Of a stretch of 64,000 nt of DNA, positions 56,423-64,000 are shown piece after piece. The position numbers and the translations under genes are program-made. The notes beneath the pieces were generated by a model, which was given only the letters and a program-made list of their open reading frames with translations, had not been told where the DNA came from and made no database searches. Source of the stretch: Octopus vulgaris (taxonomy: Eukaryota); the NCBI GenBank assembly GCA_951406725.2, contig OX597814.1:220472001-220536000 (forward strand), given 5' to 3'. The first letter of the stretch is position 1. Each line of letters starts with the position of its first letter.

Positions 56423-57145
56423 AGGTGCAGAAGAGGCTGTGTGGTAGTGGTAAGTAGCTTGCTTACCAGCCAGATGGTTCCAGGTTCAGTCCCACTGTGT
56501 GGCACCTTTGGCAAGTGTCTTCTACTATAGCCTCAAGCCGACCAAAGCCTTGTAAGTGGATTTAGTAGACGGAAACTGAAAGAAGCCCGTCGTATATACG
56601 CATATATATATATATGTATGTGTGTGTGTTTGTCTACCCAACATCGCTTGACAACCGATGCTGGTGTGTTTACGTCTATGTAACTTAGTGGTTCGGCAAA
56701 AGAGACCGGTAGAATAAGTACTAGGCTTACAAGATTAATCTTCTAATTTTGTAAGGAATTTTGTAGAGTGTATAAATATCATCCAGGTTCAGTTCTACTG
56801 CATGGCACTTTCTGGAAGAGTCTTCTACCATAGCCTCAGGCTGGCCAAAGCCCGGTGAGTGGATTCGATACAAGAAAACTGAAAGAAGCCTGTCATATGC
56901 AAATATATGTGGGCCTTTGTGTTTGTCCCCTACTGTTTGCTTCACAACTGGAGTTAGTCTGTTTACTTCTCGGATACCGAGTGATTTGGCAAAAAAGACC
57001 AACAGAATAAGTACCAGGCTTACAAAAAAAAAAAAAAAAAAAAAATTAGTATTGGGGTCAATTCATTTGACTCAAGCCCTTCAAAGTATTGCCCCAGCAT
57101 GGTCACAGTCCAAAGACTGTAACAAGTAACAGGATAAAAGAAAAA
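56423..57145 (+). mobile_element. Two older SINE A copies (56423-56735 and 56785-57145) nested in the Penelope remnant
   Basis: Diverged matches to family A. Confidence 0.85.
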
Positions 57146-58146
57146 GAATATTTTTCTGTCAAATTTTGTTTTGTGGTGGGTGGTAAAAGGGTGCCGTGAT
57201 TGTTCCTTCTTGTAAATACAAGGTGTGCTTCAGTTGTACTAGTGTCTCCAATGTAACAGATGCTTACAACTTTCAGTTGTAAACGGTCTAATTTGTAGAT
57301 TACATCATTAGTAGCTTGCTTTTGGGTTCATATGCTTGTAGTGTGCTATTGTGAAGGAAGATTTTGCTTTTGGTGTTTCTCAAGTATATCATTAGTCTAA
57401 GTTTATGGTCAGGTGTAATGCATTTTGCCTTCTGTTTTATGATGTTTTACAATATATAGCAATCTGGTAATTTTTGTATCTTTAATTCATACAATAGTTT
57501 TATGTATTGTATTGGGAATATTCTTTGATGTTTATGTTGTATAGTACTTGTGTCTATATTCTTTCTAAAGCTAGGTCCACTAGTCTCTTAGGATATCGAT
57601 TATGAATTAATGTTTGTTCAGTTCTGTGCTTTTCTTTCTCTAGTGCCTCATTTGCGGACAAGAATATAAATACATTCCAAAGAAGTGATTTACCACTGAC
57701 ATCTTACAGATGTATGGGCATTCATTATCTCCATGAAGGTGTATACATTTATTTTATTCTTAGGTGTATGTTGACATAACATATTTGTCTTTTCCATCTG
57801 TGTTTATACTCCAAATACGGTGTCCCACTTGTATATAATTCCAATGTTAAATTTTAGTCCAAAGTTGTTTCTCATTTTTTTTTTAGCTTTTCAACATTCT
57901 TTAATGTCTACTATCATCTACATATCTGGTGTATATTATGTATTTACATTCTGAAAATGTACATCTTAAGGGGGAACCCATGGCTACTCCATCTGGTTCT
58001 CTATAAAAATTACCATGTGTGCACTGTAAAGGTACTTCAGCTGTACACAATACGAATAAAATGTTCTTTTTTTTGAATAAATTTGTTGGCATCATGGGTG
58101 GTTTTATACATTCATCATTAGGATTTCTATTGTTTCTGCCACTGGG

Positions 58147-58910
58147 ATCATCATCATCATTGCTTAGCATCCTTTTTTTCCATGCTGACATGGGTTGGAT
58201 GGTTTGACATGGAGAAGGCTAGTAGGGAGCTGTCCAGACTCCAACCGTCTGTTGTGGCATGGTTTCTATGGCTGGATGCCCTTCCTAATGCCAACCTCTT
58301 AACAGAGTGTGCTGGGGGCTTTTTACATTCCACTGGCATTTTCTTTTTTCTTTATTCTTTTACTTGTTTCAGTCATTTGACTGTGGCCATGCTGGAGCAC
58401 CGCCTTTAGTCGAGCAAATCGACCCCGGGACTTATTCTTTGTAAGCCCAGTACTTATTCTATCGGTCTCTTTTGCCGAACCGCTAAGTGATGGGGACGTA
58501 AACACACCAGCATCGGTTGTCAAGCAATGCTAGGGGGACAAACACAGACATACACACACACGCACATATATATATATATATACATATATACGACAGGCTT
58601 CTTTCAGTTTCCGTCTACCAAATCCACTCACAAGGCTTTGGTCGGCCCGGGGCTATAGCAGAAGACACTGGGTGCATTTACATTGCATCAGCATGAGTGA
58701 GTTGATGCAGCACTGGCACAGGTGATCTTTAAGCGGCACCAGCACCTGAAAGGCCAAGTCTGTATGTGTAGAAGACAGCAATTTCACTTAGCTTGATGCA
58801 TCTTATCAAGTACAGCAAATCACCACATCTCCTGGTCTTTTGACATTTCTTCATTGAGGCCCAGCATCTGAAGATCTTTTCTCACCACTTCATCCCACAT
58901 CTTCCTGGGT
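58147..58910 (-). mobile_element. RTE 3' fragment containing a 5'-truncated SINE A (58340-58669), all nested in the Penelope RT
   Basis: (cat)n RTE tail at 58147; ctcaccacttcatcccacatcttcctgggt matches the RTE at 34455-34490. Confidence 0.85.
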
Positions 58911-59226
58911 CCACAATTAGAGTTTGGCACAATAAACTTTCTACAACTTAGGAGAAATTAGTTCCACCTAAAATCTGTAAGAAATTTTTAGGTGACCTTA
59001 TACTGTATTTCTCCTGGGGTAAATTTTGGTAATACTGTCTACTTGTTTGGCAAATAAATGTATAGGTAGGTTTATTTGGGATACTATGGATCTCTGGAGT
59101 TTGTCTTTGAATAATTTTATTGTGCTGTGTGTGTGTGTGTGTGTGTGTGTGCATGCGAGTGTGTTTTTATGTCTTATTAAAGGAAAGACAAGTTAAAAAT
59201 AGAATGTAAATTGTTGAAAATATATA

Positions 59227-59388
59227 GGCGCAGTTGTGGCTGTGTGGTAAGTAGCTTGTTTACCAACCCATGGTTCCGGGTTCAGTCCCACTGTGTGGCA
59301 CCTTGGGCAAGTGTCTTCTACTATAGCCTCGGGCCGACCAAAGCCGTGTGAGTGGATTTGGTAGACGGAAACTGAAAGAAGCCCGTCG

Positions 59389-59437
<49 letters not shown>

Positions 59438-59648
59438 TTGTGCGTCTGTGTTTGTCCCCCTAGCATTGCTTGACAACCGATGCTGGTGTGTTTATGTCCC
59501 CGTTACTTAGCGGTTCGGCAAACGAGACCGATAGAATAAGTACTGGGCTTACAAAAGAATAAGTCCCGGGGTCGAGTTGCTCGATTAAAGGCGGTGCTCC
59601 AGCATGGCCGCAGTCAAATGACTGAAACAAGTAAAAGAGTAAAAGAGT
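59227..59648 (+). mobile_element. SINE family A
   Basis: Full-length match. Confidence 0.93.
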
Positions 59649-60340
59649 ATCTAAATGAATGATGTATGTTTTATTTCTTATTCATGACTGACTGATTTAT
59701 TTCCTTTTTATTAAAAAGAAGTTTTGAAAACTTTAAAATCAAAGCATGTTGATGATACCAAGATAGAGAATCAAAGAAGATGTTTCCTCAGTAACATCCA
59801 TGATTAGTAAAGCTTAACAGGCTGTCTGGTTTAAACACTACCACCTGGTTCTTGGGTGACTTTAACGGAGTTCTAAGCATTTTGACTTGTGGCCCTTCCA
59901 CTACCACCACTCAATTTCCTCCAGATGGTGAGGATGAACAATCTAACCAGGATGAGGTTTACATAGATCATAGGCATTGCCCCTTCCCTTTGTTAATTAT
60001 CTAAAGAGTAAAAGTAATTTAGTATCTTATGTTTGTGTACTTAAACCAAAGTTAATTACATTAATGTTAGCACTGAAATCATCAATTATACCTTTTCTCC
60101 GTAGAAATTGTCTAAGTGAAACCATTGCATTAGATTCCAGCACTGAAAAGTATTTAGATGTCAAAATATTGAAGATTAAATATGCTGCAAAAGAAATAGA
60201 ACAGTATTCAAGGCACATACCAAGCTTCTGAAGAAAAGTATAATCTAGCATTATTGCTATCCAGAACTTACACTTTAACAGAATTCTTTCCTAGTATTTA
60301 TTTCATTAACCCTTAATGGATGAAAGAATAAATTAATATT

Positions 60341-60705
60341 AGGCACAGGTATGACTGGATGGTTAGAAGTTTGCTTGGTTCAGTCCCACTGCATGGCAAC
60401 TTGGGTCTCTTTTTCTATAGTCTTGGGCTGACCAAAGCTTTTTGAGTGGATTTGGCGGATGGAAACTGAAAGAAACCTGTGGCATGTGTGTGTGTCTTTG
60501 TGTCTGTCCCCCCACCACCACTTAAGAACTAGTGTTGGTTTGTTGACATCCCCACACCTTAGTGATTTAGCAAAAGAGACCAATAGAATACCAGGTTTAA
60601 AAAATACTAAGTACTGGGGTCAATTTGTTCGACTAAAAGTTTTCAAGGCAGTGTGCCCCAGCATGGTTGTAGTCCAATGACTGGAACAAGTAAAAGGTAA
60701 AAAGT
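60341..60705 (+). mobile_element. Old SINE A copy
   Basis: Diverged but collinear with family A. Confidence 0.8.
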
Positions 60706-60748
60706 AGTCAGTTTTGACTGAACTCTTAACTCCTCATACATTATCACT

Positions 60749-61381
60749 TTAACCCTGTAGGATTTAAACTGGCCATATCAGGCCCAAATTTTTCACTGGT
60801 TTTATGTTCAAATTGGCCAAAACTGACCTCCCCTACAACATTATATAAAAAAATCAACAATTGCGCAGGTAATTGTGTGGTAAGTAGCTTGTCTACCAAC
60901 CACATGGTTCCGGGTTCAGTCCCACTGCATGGCACCTTGGGCAAGTGTCTTTTACTATAGTCTTGGGCCGACCAATGCCTTGTGAGTGGATTTGGTAGAC
61001 GGAAACTGAAAGAAGCCCGTTGTATATATGTATATATATATATATGCGTGTGTGTGTTTGTGTGTCTGTGTTTGTCCCTGTAGCATTGCTTGACAACTGA
61101 TGCTGGTGTGTTTATGTCCCCGTTACTTAGTGGTTCGGCAAAAGATACCGATAGAATAAGTACTGGGCTTACAAAAGAATAAGTTCCGGGGTCGAGTTGC
61201 TCGATTAAAGGCGGTGCTCCAGCATGGCCACAGTCAAATGACTGAAACAAGTTAAAGAGTAAAAGAGAGAGTATTGTATCTTTGAAATTTCAAAGCTGTG
61301 AGATAATACATGATTAATTTTTTTAAATGTGAATAAATAAGCAATACTTTTGACAGAATAATTTAAATGCCAAAGAGTTAA
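60749..61381. mobile_element. piggyBac-like MITE (TTAA ends) interrupted by a SINE A
   Basis: TTAA-ccctgtaggatttaaa ... tttaaatgccaaagag-TTAA imperfect TIRs. Confidence 0.65.
60863..61271 (+). mobile_element. SINE family A
   Basis: Full-length match. Confidence 0.92.
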
Positions 61382-61490
61382 ACTGATATTATTCTATGAA
61401 ATTATGCATGTGATGGTTGGAATAAACTTCTTTCCCCTTGTCACAAAGAGTGAATTCCATCACTGGACCTTCCAGTCCTCCTCATATTAT

Positions 61491-61882
61491 GATGGATGGA
61501 AGCACTCCGTCGGTTACGACAACGAGGGTTCTGGTTGATCCGAATCAATGGAACAGCCTGCTCGTGAAATTAACGTGTAAGTGGCTGAGCACTCCACAGA
61601 CACGTGCACCCTTAATGTAGTTCTCGAGGATATTCAGTGTGACACAGAGAGTGACAAGGCCGGCCCCTTGAAATACAGGTACAACAGAAACAGGAAGTAA
61701 GAGTGAGAGAAAGTTGTGGTGAAAGAGTACAGCAGGGATCACCACCATCCCCTGCCGGAGCATCGTGGAGCTTTTAGGTGTTTTTGCTCAATAAACACTG
61801 ACAACGCCCAGTCTGGGAATCGAAACCGCGATCCTACGACCGCGAGTCCGCTGCCCTAACCACTGGGCCATTGCGCCTCCAC
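61491..61882 (-). mobile_element. SINE family B with 11-bp TSD
   Basis: TSD cctcatattat at 61480-61490 and 61885-61895. Confidence 0.92.
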
Positions 61883-64000
61883 TCCCTCATATTATAACCA
61901 TTACACAAACCTACTTTTTCAGTGTCGTTTCCTTTCAGTCACATTTTTCTCTCCAACCAATACTTTTTAACAATTTAAGTTAAAGCAGCTCAATCCATAT
62001 CCAGTTACTCCAATCATGTGGAATGGGAGGCTGACAAGATCCTTATGGACATTTCATTGTTTTAATCTAACAATTATGAATATACTCTATAGCCTCTTCT
62101 ACTGATTATATGGTCCACCAAACAAAAATCAAAATTTTATTTACATTTGATATCTATATTTTTTTTTACTTCTAGACACAAAGCTAATCACCTCAGATAT
62201 CTATGGTTATTCAGCTAATGTTTACTGGATTCTGTTTACCTAAGATATTCTTATCACAGTCTTTGATACCATCCATTTTGTCAAACTAGTACTTTATCAA
62301 AGAGTTCGCAAATATATGTAGTCATTTAATAAGCAAAGGATTATTCTTTTCAAATATAAAAGGTAAAGATAAAAAAAAGCCTGCTTTTGTGAACTGACTC
62401 AATATATAAATTGAATGAAAAAAGTCCTAAGAACAACAACCACCTCAGAGTAAACCAATACTTCACAGTAAGTTATCAAATTATGTTCTGCAAAAAGCCA
62501 CACCTATAACACGCTATAGATAAATAAAAGTATATAATATAAAAGAAAAAGAAGCCCAGAAAACAGTAAGAGTAAAGTTATTAGTTTGTAGAAAGTGTAC
62601 GCACTCTTTGATGCTGTTTTAAATCAAAGATTAAAAGTATCAATGACAAGCTTATATGAAAATTAAAATTAGGGGGTTCTAAAGAATAAAAATATTGCCT
62701 GTCATTATTTCGCTTCAAGAAACTTGGAAAATATTAATTCTGTTTGAGATCAAAGTTTAAAGTAAAATAAATTATATAGTCAAAGAGTGTTGCTATAAGT
62801 ACTAGTTCACAAACCCAATTATTGCTTAACAAATAATATTCAAGAATTAAGATTAATTTAGTAACACTATTTTGTTCAATTCCAGTCAAATTTTCTTTCA
62901 GACAATATTTTTTTACAGTAGCTTTCAGACTGTTGTTCTAATCTGAGCAACTCAAGTGATTTATGTGATGCACCATATTCTCCTTGCCTGTTTCACCATT
63001 TCAAGTATTTTTAATGAAACTATAAACCAAGTGCAATTACTTCAAGAACACGGAAAAAAGTGATGTATAGAGAAAACTATGACAGCTCTTAAGAATTATC
63101 AAGATGCTGCGGAACTGAAAACATACAGGTCCTTATTGATAGCATAAAGTGCTTGGAAATGTTTACAGTTTAGTTCCAGTTACCTTTGATTAACCAGGGC
63201 TATTATTACCTGTGATACCAAAAGAAGAATCTGACAACTATCTTACATAATAATTATCTTACTTTTGATTAATCACTGCCTAAATTTCTCAAACCTAGAT
63301 GAACCTTTAATCACAAATATCTTAAAAGTTCTAAAAGCATAAATTCATTGCTTCATAAGCTTGGACTTTTATTTGAAGAAGATTACACTTTTGGCTGTTT
63401 AATATTCTCAATCAATTAGAAGCATCAGTGGATGTGATGTTAAGGTTCAGATATTCACCACCCAAGAGGGAAGAAGAGCTAAATCAACATTGAAAAGATC
63501 TAAACCCAAAATTGTTAAGAATTAATCTATTACACAGAGAGAACCTTTATGGTACCATTGAGTCATTATCTAATTGTAGGGTAATTACAAACACTGCAAT
63601 TAGTGGTAGTTAAAAGAAATATAATTTACGCTACTTGTTCTATCTACCCGAAAATAAAAGTATGGTTCTCATGAGATTGTTGAGTAGTTAGCATGAATTC
63701 ATAGTAAAGTCAGGTCAGAACGTTCAGAACCAACCAATCCTAAATACTATTGGAAAATGCTGGGGGATAGGGGGAGGGAGAGAGAGGGGAGGGAGAAATT
63801 GAAAATAAGATGCAGAAAATCTGCCTCAAGTTAATATTTGTTGAATGACAAACCACATAGATCAGAAAGTCAATTATGGTGACAACTATTGAAAGAAAAT
63901 ATCAAGGCTTTCTCCATCCTTTTGAGAAATGCTACACGCATCAAAGTTGGCAAGAATACAATTAATTGCTTGTTTAACAAAATATATTAGACAAAAGATG

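Larger units (their letters stand above)
56120..59125 (-). mobile_element. Decayed Penelope-like retroelement (RT plus GIY-YIG endonuclease) broken by nested SINE and RTE insertions
   Basis: Collinear remnants on the minus strand: RSIVSQI..FAKQV..KYSIRSPKNFLQIL (~59090-58970), VESL, FYREPDGVAMGSPL, RYVDD (~57915), NECPYICKMSVV, QTLIHNRYPKRLVD, GIY-YIG NDVIYKLD...CYIGDTSTT (57309-57232), KIRRL and ENLMIK. Confidence 0.85.

Overview
AT-rich eukaryotic non-coding DNA (intronic or intergenic), very likely from an octopus or another coleoid cephalopod. That assignment is an inference from the dense (TA)n/(CA)n microsatellites and the tRNA-derived SINE families. I found no intact host protein-coding gene; almost every ORF in the track comes from a SINE or microsatellite. 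The window holds about 15 copies of one ~410-bp SINE (one expanded into a 7-unit tandem array), two further SINE families, a full-length but decayed mariner, RTE-LINE fragments, a probable non-autonomous Helitron, a piggyBac-like MITE and a fragmented Penelope-like element (RT plus GIY-YIG). The most interesting signal is four sequence-unrelated palindromic inserts in (TA)n tracts (5052-5472, 31703-31901, 31932-32160, 43445-43734). Each arm carries a type I hammerhead ribozyme motif, near-intact in two inserts and decayed in two, so both strands encode the ribozyme. All of this was read by eye, without alignment or folding software.
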